Both the position numbers and the translations under genes were made by a program. The notes under the pieces are model-generated. The model was not told the DNA's origin. It made no database searches and was given only the letters and a program-made list of their open reading frames with translations. A stretch of DNA of 64,000 nucleotides, from assembly GCF_009914755.1 (NCBI RefSeq), contig NC_060926.1; one strand, given 5' to 3'. This stretch comes from the human T2T-CHM13v2.0 reference genome, Homo sapiens. Positions 1 through 13,809 of the stretch are shown piece by piece. Positions within the stretch are counted from its first letter, which is position 1. Every line of letters starts with the position of its first letter.

Positions 1-275
1 GTGGCAGGCATCAGAATCTCCTCCTCTGAGAGGCAGAGGGACATTCCATGGTACGGACGGATCGCATTTAGCTTGTCCACTCACCTGTTGATGGACACGG
101 TTGCTTCCACCTTTTGGCACTTGAGGACGATGTGCTGAGAACAGGGGTGTGCAAATGTCTGTTTGAGTCTCAGCTTTCAGGTATTGTGGGTCTATACCTA
201 GAAGTGGAATTGCTGGATCATAGGATAATCCCATGTTTAATTTTTGGAGGACCTGCCACACGGTTTCCCACAGCT
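1..275 (-). mobile_element. Old L1M fragment (ORF2 end)
   Basis: tatacctagaagtggaattgctggatcata and flanks, typical antisense L1M. Confidence 0.8.
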
Positions 276-1439
276 GAGATGTGTGTGCGTGTGTTTTTAA
301 TTAGAGAAAGAAGCTGTGAATGTGTGATCTGGGGAATCGTATCAGCATGTGCTCTAAGCATGTGCATCCCTGAGTGGTTTTAATGTGAAAACAGTTACAT
401 ATATTTTCTTCCCTCAGCTTGTGAAGAGCAGTTGCTGATTTCACAAGGTTAGGACATTTGCCATCTGATATTATAAGTGGAGTTTGAGGGAAGCCTGTGG
501 ACAGGAAGTGGATCTGGAGATGGGGATGCTGGGCACATGGCCTCCTTTCGAGAAGCCCCAACCTTTTAAAAATCAAGGTCATGTTTAAGTAATAATTCGC
601 TGGGAGCAAAAGTCAGAAGGCATGAAAAGGATTCAATGGGAAGAAGCCTCTTTCTCCCAGCCCCATCCAATCACCCAGACACCTCCCTTCCCAGAAGCAT
701 CCGGTGATACCAGCCTCTTGTGCCCCTTCCAGATCGATCTAAGCAGGTGCAATCGAGAATGTACATACTTTTCCTTTATTTTATTTTTTTTAACCACATA
801 TACAATACCCTATTATATACCTGGCTCGAAACTTTCATGGTGAACTTGGAAGATTTGTTTCTATCAGTTCATAAAGAGCTACCCTGTTCTAAGAGTTGCA
901 TAGCTCTCCATTATCTGTCAATCATTTTAAGGAAAAATATTCTTTAAATATGATGTTTCTGATTGTAATGAGGACCGAGGCTCTAGTTGCCTGACGCTTG
1001 GAGAAAGCAACTGAATAGCTCAAAAGCAGCTTCTGGGAAGGCTTTTCTTGGGAAAATTGCCTTGAAATATAGCTTTAAAAACCTTTTTATTGAAATACAT
1101 ATTTTTATTGGAATATAGTTTAATGCAGAAAAAAAAGCATGTATCGTAAGTGTATAGTTTGCTGAAATTTTATAGCCTGAACATCTGTGAAGGTGACATT
1201 CCCGTATGAAAAAGGGCATGATCAGCACCCCAAAGCTAGATATTTTTGGGGAGTTCTCCGGCCTGATTGATGTCTGAAACACTGAAACTTCAGCCCCAGG
1301 CCAGGCTTGTTTGGTTCCTGAGGTATTTGGGGAGCCAAGGATCAACTGATCTGAGGTCTTCTGCAGGCAGGACTGGGATGCTGGCTTCCAGGAGGAAACA
1401 GGCCCTGGTGTGTGGGCCCCACGCTCTCCCAAGAGCTGC

Positions 1440-1523
1440 TCTGGAATTTCCTAGCTGTGTGGTCTCAAGAATATTACTTACCGGCCCTGGGCCTCTGTTT
1501 TCTCATCTATAACATGGGAGTAA
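1440..1523 (+). mobile_element. MIR fragment
   Basis: ctgggcctctgttttctcatctataacatggg core. Confidence 0.6.
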
Positions 1524-3379
1524 CCATGGGTGGCAGGGTGCCAAGCCCCTGCTAATATCTCCCTGAAAGAGACATCACACTGTCCTGCCTGTCAAAGTCA
1601 GGCTTCTAATGAAGCCCTCCTCAGGGTCATCTTGAACAAGCTCAGGGACAGAAGCGGATGCCCTGGGAAGCTCTTAGAAGGGTCCGTGACCCAGAGTCCT
1701 CTGCCTCCCGAATCCCTCCCTGAGTTCTGATGCCGGTGTTGGGCAGGGCCTTCTCATCCCTGCAGGGCTGAGAGCAGAAGGTGGAGGGGAACCTGTGGTT
1801 ATGAAGCATGGTAGGGCTGATCTGGGCTGATCTGGGCTGACCTCAGTTGTCCAGGGCAGGTCCTGTCTGCTGTATCGCTGTCCCCTGGCCCCCACTGTGG
1901 AGTGGCCCCAGGTCTCAGGCCCCCCTGACTAACTCAAACCTCTGGCATGTTGGCACCTTGCCCTGGCTGTCTCCAGCTGGCACCTCCCTGCTGCAAGCGT
2001 GGCCCCCACCCACTTCACTCTCACCCTGCCCCTTGGCTGCCGCCCTCATGCCCTGCCCCTTCAGGCTCCAGAAATCAGCTTTTCAGCTCTTTTTTTTCCT
2101 GGGAAGACTCAGGGTGAGCTGGAATTCCCCAGAGATTAGTTAAAAAAACATCAAAGCGCACTTTGTGCTCTGGTCAACATCTGGCTGTGCAGCTGCTGTC
2201 AGCCCGACGTTGCCAAACAACTGGGGGCTTGACTTGGAATGCGCCGCGGGTCAAACGCTGCCAGGCCTGGGCTGTGCTCGGAGCAGAGGTGAATCCAAAG
2301 TCAGCAGGTGGGGGGTTTCCCTGGGCAGGGAGACCCTCTGTGGCCCTCCTGCATTGCTGTTGGTACTGGGTCAAAGGGCCGGGGCACGTGTCCCCCAGGA
2401 CTGAGATGCTCAGATAAATTGTAGGTTGGGGAGATGGTGCAGATGTCGGGATCAGAGCTGGAGGGAGGGTGACCCCAGGCACCAGGACATGGTGGACAGG
2501 ACTTTCCCCACCCTTTCGAAAGCCTCTGGCGAACCCTAACCAAGCTCCTCATGATAGGAAACAGGAAGAGCCAGGGGCCCTTTTGGAAACCCAATAGGAA
2601 AGCAAAAATCCTGGGTGGGTGAGGCCCCCTTGCCTCCACATTAAAGGGGCAGTGGTGGGACAGCAAGGCCCTGTGCGGGACAAGGACCCTGATGTGGCTG
2701 AAGAGTCTGGATGCAGATGACAAAGCTCTAAGCTCCCAGGAGAGTGAGGTGGACAGGCCCCCAGCCCAGCAATGACCTGGGGCCGATCACCCAAGCCCTC
2801 AGAGTCCATTGTCACACAACACAGGCTGACGACACCCTTGGGTGGGTGAGGGTGAGCTGTGCAAATGTCCATGGAAGGGCTGTGGCATCTGCCACACCGT
2901 GCAATTGTTGAATGTCACAGTGTTAACTGGGGCCACTGAGCAACCAACGCAGAGCCCTCTGCATCCCAGAGGGCTGCTCCAAGAGGACGCTGTGCCACAT
3001 AGTAGGCAGGGCAGCCCCACACTGCAAGGACGCTCAGCGAGAGCCACACCGGCACATCCGCCAGCCTTCATCTCTGTGTCCTGCCGCTGCTGCTCTCTCT
3101 GGCACCAGCGCCACATTGTATGGGAGAAGCAAACTGACTCCACTTTCTCTGGTTTTGTCTAGCCTGGGATGATAAAGCAAAAATCTGACTTTCAGCTCGC
3201 TAGAGGCGACTGGAAGCCTGCTCTGGGTTGGGGAGGTTCTCAGCTTATCTCAGCACAGGGGACTTGGCATCCACAGGAGGTAGGGGAACTGGGCTGCCAG
3301 CCCCGTGCCCTGATTCTATTGCTGCGTGACAAACCAGGCCAGACTTCAGTGGCTGGAAACAGAGGGAGCTTGGATTTGC

Positions 3380-3790
3380 TCTTAAACCTGAAGTTTGGGC
3401 AGGGCTTGGAGAGGGCAGCTCACCTCTGTTGCACTCAGTCGGGGTGACGTGGAGGCTAGGGGCCAGGATGGCTGGAGACTCAGTCACTCACTGGTCTGGG
3501 GTTTGATCCCAGCTGCTGGCCAAGGCCTTCCCTGGAGCTTCACTGGGGAATCTGCATCACTCTCCGTGCAGCCTGGGCTTCCTCCCAACATGGCGGCCGG
3601 GTTCCCATGCGGAGCCTCCTGCAGGAGAGCTGTGAGTGGAAGCCACATGACCTTTTATGCCCCAGCCTTCCTAACCACACAGTCATTTCCAGCCTGTTCT
3701 ACACTGAGGCAGTCACAATGGCTGCCCCAAGCTTAAAGGGAGGGGACTTGGATTCCACCCCTTGGTGTGGGGAGTGCAGAAAGTTACTGA
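3380..3790 (-). mobile_element. MLT1-type MaLR LTR fragment
   Basis: gggcttcctcccaacatggcggcc and gaccttttatgccccagcc motifs. Confidence 0.6.
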
Positions 3791-4525
3791 AAAAACAGGT
3801 GGAATAAAAAATACTGCTGTGGTTATTTTTGAAAATAGCTTCTGCCCTGTTTCCCCAGGTCACTCAGCCAGTGGCCATGAGCTGCCCTGGAGGGACATGA
3901 ACTCCCAGGGACTTCAGCTGGGAAAAGTAGCTCTGGTGGTCCAAGGTCAGTGGTGTGGGGTATTCTCAGCAAAAGCACAGGGAAGTTGGGGAAGGGGCTC
4001 AGAACCCCTCACAGGGACCTGGGGGCTCTGGGCAGAGCACTGATGGCTTCTGCTACGGGGTAATCACACTCGATACAAATGGATCAGACAATTGTCCTGC
4101 CCCTTGTGTCTCATGATCACAAGCAGGAAGGGTGAACCCGGTGTCTCCGTGCTTCCGGGAAAGTTGGTGAAGGAAAATACAAACTCAAGAATGGCCAGAG
4201 CGTCATTTCTCAAAGGCAGCCAGCGCTACCCCATGTGTCTACTCCAAATCTTAGGTCTCTGACCTCCAAGTCCAAAGCTCAGCCGCCTGCCTTACATCAT
4301 GCCACCCCTTGTCCATAACTTGACTTTGGTCCTGCAGGGGTTGGAAATGCACCATTTTGTGTACATGCTGGTCCTCATGCATGTAAAGTGAGGATGCCTG
4401 ATTATCCACTGAATATCTTGTTTAAATAAAGTTTTGCTAATACCTATGTAGATATACTTCAAGATCTTTGTTGGGCCACTAAGATTGGTGTTTGGGTGTA
4501 GAGACTGGGGAAGCAACAGGAAAGA

Positions 4526-4596
4526 TTTATTTTTAAGGATGAGCAAGGGATTCCTGGAAGGTCGCCTAAGAGAGCTCCAGATTGTCCTCCTTGAAG
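4526..4596 (-). pseudogene. Terminal exon FKEDNLELS* plus polyadenylation signal
   Basis: Acceptor cgcttcctgctgcag; TAG 4568-4566; AATAAA 4531-4526. Confidence 0.65.
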
Positions 4597-5070
4597 CTGC
4601 AGCAGGAAGCGGGTTTTATATGTTTGTTGTGTCTGCGTCATGGGATAGACTTTTCTACTGTAAAATGAGATTTTTTATGCTATGCTAAACACAGACGTTT
4701 TTCTCCTCCCGCCAACACTTCACAGGCATAGGGACCCCTCCCAATGTCACTGTGAGCTGTGAGCACTGAGATGGCTCCGAAGGCAGGAAGAGAGCTCGCT
4801 GGAAGTCCCAGGGGAGCAGGGAGAGAGCCAGGTGCCGCCCAGATGCTACACATGCCCTGTGGCTCTGCAGGGCGTTCTCTGGAAGAGTCAGGCCTCCTCC
4901 AGCTCCACCAGCATCATGGAGGCTGCTAAGCTGCCTCAGTTTCCCCAGTGCAGCTGTGACATGGGCCTGAAGGGACGTGGAGAGAGGCAGCTGATGTCTC
5001 CGCGCTGGCTGTGTCACTTGTGCTGGGTGGTGACCAGGGGCCACACCCCCATCCAGTCACATTAACTTAC

Positions 5071-5329
5071 ATGAAAACCTCCAGGTGATGCCTCCAGGGG
5101 CCACTAGGCTCCCTCAGGTCCCTGGACCAAGGCTGTGACCTACACAGACAGATTCTGCCAATTTCTCCTTGAGGGTCATGATGCTCTCCTCCTGGTCCAT
5201 CTCAGAGTCTTCACTGGAGAAAGAAGTTTCCATCTACAAAGTGTGCTCCATGGAGACATGGCTCACCTCATTCCAGACTTCCATCTCCTTGGAAAAGTGA
5301 CAAAGGATCTCAGAGGTAGGAGAAAGGCC
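5071..5329 (-). pseudogene. Penultimate exon, 259 nt (GLSPTSEIL...METSFSSEDSEMDQEESIMTLKEKLAESVC / RSQPWSRDLREPSGPWRHHLEVF)
   Basis: Acceptor ggatttcag; donor AT|gtaagt; removing 2 nt from a TGTG run restores the frame to the last exon. Confidence 0.65.
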
Positions 5330-5689
5330 CTGAAATCCCAGCACAGGCACTCGGGCTATGAAGGGTAGGAGGAGCGGAGCTGGGAGCCTGGGCTTTGAGG
5401 CCTTGCGAAATCCCCCTGTGCCACCGCCCAGCCAGACACACGAGCAACCCACCAAGGGGCGGGTGGATGCGGCCTTGGAATTCAGAGTTCCCGTTTGTAG
5501 AAACGAAATGTTTATTTCATGATGCAGTTGGGGGTAGAAAATGGGGATAAATCTCTAATTTCTCAGATTTCCAGAAATCGGGATTTTCCCTAAGTACCCC
5601 TGGCCTTGAGCTAAATCCCGTCACTGTCTTGGGCTGTGTGCTGACGGGAGCCAGGGCCTTGTAAGGCCCAGACCCTCCTCCTTCTCTCC

Positions 5690-6040
5690 CGTATTAGTCA
5701 AGGTTCTCCAGAGAAATGGAGTTAGAGATGCATTGCTATAAGAAATGGAATGGGCTCGCATGATTACAGAGGCTGAGGGGTCCTACACCCTGTCATCTGC
5801 AAGCTGGAAAGGCAGGAGAGTCTGTGCTGCAGCCCTAGCCAGAGCCTGGAGGCCCGAGAACCAGGCACGCCGACGACAGCACACTTCCAGCCTGAGAGCA
5901 AGAGAAGGTCAGTGTTCCCGCTCCAGCAGGCAGGCAGAGGGAGGGTTCTCTCTCCACCTTTGTGTTCTACTCAGGTCTTCAATGGGTTGGATGAGGCCCA
6001 TCCACATTGCGAGGGCGTCTGCTTCACTGAATCCACCGTC
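5690..6040 (-). mobile_element. MLT2 (ERVL) LTR, partial
   Basis: gtattagtcaaggttctccagaga start; ttggatgaggcccatccacatt motif. Confidence 0.8.
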
Positions 6041-6432
6041 GTACCTGCTTCTCTTGGATGCCGTCCGATTGCAGAGACGCTGTTCCCTTGAGGGTTCCTG
6101 CCCCACCGTGTGTGCTGGTGCTAGGATGTCTGCCCTGGTCCAGCCCTGCACCCCTGAGTCAGAGGCTCTTACTCTGGGTTCAATTAAGAAGGTTATTTGG
6201 CCCCCACACAAAGCTAAGACTTTCACCTTGGCATTTGTTAGGAGTAAGTAATAATTTGAGTTCTATGTGTTTTATTCTTTATCTCATGTCCAACTTGTTC
6301 TGAACCTGCATGGGGAAGAGGTGCTCTTAGTATTAAGCACTCTCAAAGGCCCTCAGTTCCTGGAGTGAGGAACTTTGAGAAATAAGAGGTGATGGGGTGA
6401 GGAGGGCAGAACACACAGTGAGAGGGCTTCAC

Positions 6433-7618
6433 TGGGCGCGACGTGTGGCTTTGGGCCTTTCGGCTTAGATTCCAAACAGCACGTTTGACCTTGAGGTCTG
6501 CAATGGTTCTCCTGGGTGAGGCCTGGACCCCTGTGGCCCGGGCATGAGACCTTGAGCTCAGGCCATGCCATGCCTGACCTTGAACCTTGCTGATCAAGGC
6601 TTCGCCCACAGGCGAGGGGTGTTCCAGGGAAGCAGGAAGTGTGCAGCAGGCACTGACCAAAGATGTGCCGCCCTCTGCAGAGGGACGAGGGGCCAGGCTG
6701 GGCCTTAAGGAAGCCCTGACGTATGCCTATCCTGGTGACCTTGCTCCGGTGGCCACCCTGTCAGGGCCCCTGCAGCCAGATGGAGCCCAGCAGTGCAGAG
6801 GCCTCTTTTCAGAGGCAGGTGTGTCTAAGGCTAGCATTTGGTTAAAGAGGATGAAGGCTCTGCTGTACAGGCCTTTTAAACCCTAGGTGGATGTATATTA
6901 GTCTGTTTTCACACTACTAATGAAAACATACCCAAGACTGGGTAATTTATAAAGGAAAGAGGTTTAATGGGCTCACATTACCACATGGCTGGGGAGGCCT
7001 CTCAATCATGGCAGAAAGTGAATGAGGAGCAGAGTCACGTCTTACATGGTGGCAGGCAAGAGCGTTTGTGGAGGGGAACTCCCCTTTATAAAACCATCAG
7101 ATCTCAAGAAACTAACTCACGACCATGAGAACAGTATGGGGGAAAATGCCCCCATGATTCAATTATCTCCACCTGGCTCCACCCTTGACATCTGGGGATT
7201 ATTACAATTCAAGGTGAGATTTGGGTGGGGACACAGCCAAACCCTATCAGTGGAGAAAGGCCTATTTGCTGCTTTTACTAAAGTTCCTCCTTTAGGTCTG
7301 TGGGCAGAGGTTTCACCCTGAGGCAGCTGCTCTTGTGTGCCTTAGAGAACCAGGAAGGTGCAGGACGCAGGTGGCCGTGTCAGGACAGGAGGCAGAGCAG
7401 ACCAGCTGCCCTGCACTGCTCTCTGCACTCCAGCCTGGGAGGGCTGTGCACAGGGGGACTTCAATGTCTGTGCTTTGTCTCCCAGTTCTGGGTAATGCCC
7501 AGAGCGCAACTCCCAAGTTTGTTCTGGACTTGTTCATTGCAGAAGCTCCAAGCAGAGTCTGAATCTGTGTATTTTAGAGATCTAAAAAGTGGCTTCCTTC
7601 ACAGGAGGGTGGAAGTTT
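6433..7618 (-). pseudogene. Large exon, phase 2-0, interrupted by a THE1 LTR
   Basis: Acceptor tgacatttag. After removing the LTR and one TSD the frame runs into ORF 6343..6660 (...RRTIADLKVKRAVWNLSRK...). Five stops; donor CCA|gtgaag is weak. Confidence 0.55.
6892..7249 (-). mobile_element. THE1 solo LTR with 5-bp TSD GTGGA
   Basis: TG...CA termini; gagatttgggtggggacacagccaaaccctatca end; TSD at 6887-6891 and 7250-7254. Confidence 0.95.
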
Positions 7619-7839
7619 CTAAATGTCACAGATAAGGAATCAGGGCCTCTTTATGAGGGGGCGGAGGGCTTCCCCTCTGCACTGAAGTGTCCTGATCTGT
7701 TACAATACAACTAGGTCCTGGATGAACAATGAAAAATACTTTTCAAACATTGCTGGAGTTGCAATAAAGTGAGTGAATGCCTAAAGAAAAGAGAAAAACA
7801 AGCAGTGAGTTGAGACGAGAAAGGTAAATAAGAAAACTG

Positions 7840-8338
<499 letters not shown>

Positions 8339-8342
8339 TCAC

Positions 8343-8413
8343 TTTGGCCAAAGCTGAACTCATAATCACAAACCAGAAAGCACGCAAAGAAATCACCTAA
8401 AATGAGTTGGAGT
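8343..8413 (-). pseudogene. Exon, 71 nt, phase 0-2 (TPTHFR*FLCVLSGL*L*VQLWP)
   Basis: Acceptor ttttcttttcgtttatacag; donor AA|gtgagt; three TGA. Confidence 0.55.
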
Positions 8414-8811
8414 CTGTATAAACGAAAAGAAAAAGCACAGAATCCAGTAGATATGTACCCTCCAGCACTTAAGAAATTAACATCATCAGATATACAATGT
8501 AAAATAACTACCTGTGCAATGCCTAGGAAGTAAAATAAAAGAAAGGAAAAGAAAGCAACAGAGGCCATCGGAAGCACCCATGCAGAGAGGAAAGGGTGCC
8601 GCACAGAACACAGCCTGAGGCCCTGGGGTTCTGGAGTCAAGTGCCAGTTCACCGCCCAGGCCTCCCCAGGGCCAAGTCTGTGTCTCAGCTCCAGGCACTG
8701 CCTCCTCTGTTCCCTGGACACCGGGCACTTGGAAGCCCCCACTGTGGACCTGGCATAGCCCACACTGTGGGAATCATCTGCTGGGCCTACTCTCTGCACT
8801 GGCACCTTCAC

Positions 8812-9249
8812 CTTGCTGGGATCTGGGGCGTTTGTGCCTGCTGGGTGGCACCTCCGGGGTAGGACTGGAGGGTGCCGACTACCCCTCACTGGCCCGCCTT
8901 TGGTGTAGTCGCCCAGCCATTGCCGCCTGCCAGCATCACTGTCTCGGCGAGCGGATTGGACGAAGGCTTCCCCATGCTGTGGATTCCTTCCAGTCCCCGG
9001 GCATGCTTGGCCCATCTGGGTGAAGTCAAGGAGCTCTGACTCCGAGTTGGATTTGGGAGAGGCTTGGCTCCCATTCGCAGGGATTCGGTACCTGCTGCCC
9101 CTTCGCAGTCCATCCTGCCGGCTGTCATCTGCTCCTCGGCCGTGTCATCAGCCTCCTCCTCGGTGGGGGACCTTTCTGAGCTCCTCCCCAAGGTCTGCAG
9201 GCAGCTCCTCACGTGACAACACTGCAGAGTCTCCCACCTCCCAGCCACC
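8812..9249 (-). pseudogene. Exon, 438 nt, phase 0-0 (GGWEVGDSAVLSREELPADLGEELRK...PDPSK)
   Basis: Acceptor ctcctttccag; donor AAG|gtgaag; only stops are an adjacent TGA TGA; CpG-retaining. Confidence 0.65.
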
Positions 9250-9294
9250 CTGGAAAGGAGCTCACAGGGTTCTGCGCTGATGCTGGGGAAGTTT

Positions 9295-9398
9295 GGGCTG
9301 GTTCTGAGTGAGGGATGGGATAAGGCAGGGGCTGGTTCTGAGTGAGGGATGGGATAAGGCGGGGGCTGGTTCTGAGTGAGGGATGGGATAAGGCGGGG
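9295..9398. repeat. 34-bp tandem repeat x3 (intronic)
   Basis: ggggctggttctgagtgagggatgggataaggc(a/g). Confidence 0.9.
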
Positions 9399-9468
9399 AG
9401 CAGAGAGCCAGGTGAGGGGCTTTGGGTGGTGCGTTCACAGTAGAGTCTTGTGAATTTGGCCTTCTCAC

Positions 9469-9599
9469 CTGGTCCTGGAGAGGGAAGGCAGCCTGCAGTG
9501 TTTTCTCCAGGAGTGAACGTTCTCAGCATTCCATTTGTTGGCTTGATCACCAAGGAGGAAATCTTCCGAGTTTCTTCTGGGCCAACTTTTATCACTAAT
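9469..9599 (-). pseudogene. Exon, 131 nt (ISDKSWPRRNSEDFLLGDQ... / ...LLEKTLQAAFPLQDQ), probable 1-nt deletion
   Basis: Acceptor ctttctgcag; donor CAG|gtgaga. Confidence 0.65.
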
Positions 9600-9799
9600 C
9601 TGCAGAAAGCTCTGAATGGACGCTTTTTGCTCTTTTTTCATTATGGTTATTGGAGCTGTGAACAGGAGCAGCTCTACATACTTTTTGCTTCTCACTAAGT
9701 ACCATGAGTAGGGTGACTATTGTAATAGAAACATGTACAAGAAATTATAACTAGGACTATTGGCTGTTTTAAAATCAAGGCAACATTAGTTAACATTTC

Positions 9800-10450
9800 T
9801 CAAATTTTAGTTCTGCAGATTATAAAATTAATGTAAACTTTTTGTAGAAAGTTTGGAAAGCATAGACAATCTAAAAGAAGCTGGAAAATATCACTCATGA
9901 CGCACCCTCCCCTCCGCCCCCCATTCAAGCAGGAAGCCCCATTAGCATTCAATCTCTGTCCTTCCTGCACATTCCTGCAGCGTAAGTGGGGTCTTTTCTT
10001 TTCATAATTGAGTTTGTGATGCAAATGTATGTGGATCACGCTTTTCACTTTCTTTTTCTTAACGGGATAGGTTTTTTTACCCTCATGTCACTAAAATCCT
10101 CCCTCCATGATTGTTTAAAATGGGTTTGTGAGTTCTTGTTATGAATGGATTACTTATTCAACAATTCCCTAAATAAAGGGATCATCTAATTATTTTCAGT
10201 TTTTCACTATTGTAAATCCTATAGTGGTAAGTATCTTTTAAAATATATTTTGGTGTTTTTTTTCCCACAGGTTCTCAAGATTTGGAAATAATTTTAAAAT
10301 AAAAATAATGTGAAATATATTTTGGTTTGCATTTCAGATTCTTTCCTGAAGTTGGACAGTTTGGCCATGTTCAAGCCTCTGAATTCTTCCATAGAATTGT
10401 CTTCTGGAAATCATGCCACAGTAATTTAAGTCTCCCCGGCTGTATGTGTG
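9800..10450 (-). mobile_element. Degraded L1ME-like sequence
   Basis: AT-rich with L1ME 3'-end-like phrases; weak. Confidence 0.4.
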
Positions 10451-10462
10451 AGGACTTCTTAC

Positions 10463-10762
10463 CCTCTTGGGCATGGAGGGGTTAGCATGTTTGGTAGCCA
10501 TTTTAGTCATAGTAGGTTGACAGTTGAGTGTTTCCTAGATCTTTCCAAGTAGACCGGCATGACTATGGAAGAGGCCCTGAAGGTCCCACCCCGACACGCC
10601 AGTCCGAAGGGCCCTTGCCTGGGCACCCTGCACCTTCCCCTGGACCTGCTGATGCGCCTGGCTGGGGGAATGCGGGCCTTCGCGTTGGTTCCACCTCCAG
10701 CTTCCATGACTGTGGAGTTCTGCAGTGGGTTCATTGAGAAAGTGGTGGTGAGACCAGGGTAT
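10463..10762 (-). pseudogene. Exon, 300 nt, phase 0-0 (IPWSHHHFLNEP...LLGKI*ETLNCQ...MPKR)
   Basis: Acceptor cactcctctcag; donor AGG|gtaaga; single TAG. Confidence 0.7.
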
Positions 10763-11246
10763 CTGAGAGGAGTGGTCGGCAGGGAGATGAGACAAGTGTG
10801 GAGACCAGGCAGATGGAAGGCGCATGTCTGGAGGGTGTGAGAGCTGCCAGGTGGGTGTCTGCAGGGTCTTGCAGAGTCGCTCAGCCGCAGGTGGGGCGGC
10901 TCTGGAGACCCTATCAGCACATTCCAGAGAGTGGCAGACCCCACGGCCAGGCATGGACTGATGAGCAGGACTGTCCTCCACTGTCCAGACAACAGCACAG
11001 ATGAAACCCAGGAGCGCCTGGGACGGTGCTGTGAGCCCTGCACATCCACGGAGTCTCTCAGATGAAACCACACGGGTGTCACAGTGACGCTCTCTCCCCT
11101 CAGAGGCTGCCGACCCCTCGCTGGGCTGCTGGACTGCTCAGGGCCGGCCCTTGAAGCCTGGAGGGAGCCATGGGTCTGTGTGTACACATGTGTGTGCCCG
11201 TGAGTGAGTCTATGTGTGATCTCTGAGAATGAAGCTTCCACATTAC

Positions 11247-12270
11247 CAATGCCTGGAGAATCCAGAACTGGGACTCCCAGGTAACTGAGGGCCTGGGTCC
11301 CAAAGCTGGTGGCTGAAGCTGGCTGCTCCGAGGCATGCGTGGCAGGAAGGGGTCATCAGGAGGGCCACCCAAGGCCCCGGGCACCTCTGATGGGTTTCCA
11401 GAGTCCCTGCCCTCACGAGAGGGAAGTCAGTTGGAGAATGGGGTGCTGAAGTCTCGAGAGAAAGGTGTCCTTGACTCGGGGTCCAGAGTAAGCAGCTTCT
11501 GCCCCCCATATCACGTGGCTAGTGGCTTGTCCTGACTGTGCCCCACGTGTCATGGCAAAGTTTCGACACCCACTTTGGAGATGTCTTGACAGAGGCCAGC
11601 ATCAGGCTCCCGTTCTTCCACACGCTGGAAGCTGCTGCACAGCGGGCTCAGAGCCTGGGCTCAGGAGGCATCCCGGTTACTGTTGCTGTATCCTGGAGGG
11701 TGGCATCTCCTGGGAGCCGTGGTCCGAGCCCCTTGCAACAGCGGGGCCAGGAGAAGGCTGGTTGCTGGGTGCATCCTGTTCTTGGGGTTCCACCTGCTGT
11801 ATCCATCTCCCGGGGGATTTTCCGTCGCCGTCCTTGGTTCCAGCACATGCCCTGAGTGGTAATGCCGATTCCTGCCTGTGCTGCCGACTTGGTGCGGGGA
11901 GCCTGTGGCTGCTCTGTCAGGTGGTTGGCCCCGATGGCTCCATGGGTGGCCCCCGCCCAGGCATCTCATGGAGGGACTCTGCCTACGTCACTGGCCGCCA
12001 GTCCTGGGGGACACCGTGTGCATTTGCACATGAACCATGATGGGAACCTGGGGGACGGGTCTCAGGCTGAGAAAGGTTCCCCTGGGCTTCAAGGTAAATC
12101 ATAAAGCGAGGTAATTTCCTATAAGTGTCAGAGGACACTGTAACTGTCCCTTCTGAGCAGGACATTGTTGTGGTTGTCTGTCTTCCCTTTTGTCTTCTGC
12201 CTGTGGGATTATCTAGATTCTGAGCAGGTAAATTGTTTCAGGCTCTGGCCTTCTCAGAGCCTTTCTGTGG
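11247..12270 (-). pseudogene. Large exon, 1024 nt, one net frameshift (...PSVTWESQFWILQAL)
   Basis: Acceptor cacaacctacag in frame with ORF 11983..12165; ORFs 11661..11969 and 11100..11384 share a second frame broken by four TGA; donor TTG|gtaatg. Confidence 0.6.
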
Positions 12271-13093
12271 CTGTAGGTTGTGGGGAGGGCACCATGGTAG
12301 TTGCCCCTGCTTCATTCACTCAGAGCCACTGACAGGGGCCCCCCAACCTGCTCGGAGCCCTCCAGGGGCAGGCACTGTCCCTGCTGCCCCCCTGCTGCCC
12401 TGAACATCTCCCCAGCCCCACAGCTGACCCACCCTTTCAGGGTAACAGTGCAGCTGCGGGGGCAGCCCCCTCCAGCCCTTCCTTGGTCAGCCTCCCTGCT
12501 GCTGGCCCTTCCTGGAGACGTGATTTGCCCTAGAAGTGGCAGGTGTGTGTGGCTCATGCCCTCACTGTAAGGCTGTGCCAAGGCAGTGCCACCTTGGGAA
12601 AAATCAAAACCCCATACCAGCTCCTCCCAGTCCATGCCAGCACACACCCTGGCTCCTCAGAACCCCCCACAGAAGCAGGCAAGGAATCAAAAACTCAAGT
12701 CTGCAGGAAGCCAGGCAGGGATGGAGGAGGGGTATACTGTCACAGGTGAGAGGGTCCCAGAAGCCTTTCTGGAGGAGGTGACTTCAGGCTGGATTTGGAG
12801 GGGCAACTTAACAAGCAGACAGGTGGGTGGAGACGCTCCAGCAGAGGAAATGGCATGGAGTGTCCAGGAGCCCACGAATCAGCTGGCATTGTTGAATCAT
12901 GGAGAACGCAGAGACGGTCTCAGAAGTCGGCCGGAGCCTGTGTCATTGGGCCACGTGGCTTCAGTCCTTCCTTGCAGCCTGTGGGGAGTCTCAGGGGAAT
13001 TCTGAGGAGGAAAGGGGGATGCTCATGATAGGTATTTATTGTTTTTGTTTGTTTGTTTTTAATCACTTATTTTCACAAGTGTAATCGAAGCAC

Positions 13094-13177
13094 CTGGTTG
13101 TGAGTCCAGGAGAGTAAAACATTTAGCCCTCGCCCCTCCCATCCATCACGGATTTTCTGACGCCTGCAGCAGGGTTC
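13094..13177 (-). pseudogene. Exon, 84 nt, phase 0-0 (EPCCRRQKIRDGWEGRGLNVLLSWTHNQ)
   Basis: Acceptor ttttcctttggcag; donor CAG|gtgctt; stop-free. Confidence 0.55.
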
Positions 13178-13504
13178 CTGCCAAAGGAAAACCCATTTAT
13201 AGTCATATACTTCCGTGAACCTTTGATATAACCCAGTTATGTATCTAGAAACCTGCCTTTTCAAAAATATTAACCTGTCTATAAATGTAGTAAATGTTAT
13301 ATAAAATGCAATCATGTTTAAGAAGTTAACTATTGTTATATTAATTCGAGTTGAACAATTCAAATTCTCAACTTCATTTATAAACATAGTTAATTAAATT
13401 CCTTTATGCATATAAAACTGCGTTTTCAAACTTTTTCATACATTTGATTTTCTCATTAAGAGCTTCAAATGCCCAATAGGGCAAATACAAAAGGCTAACA
13501 AGAA

Positions 13505-13809
<305 letters not shown>

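Noticed and set aside
10507-12104. Plus-strand ORFs (e.g. 10559..10840, 11522..12040)
   Set aside because: No coherent plus-strand splice chain. They are probably antisense shadows of the minus-strand exons in GC-rich DNA.
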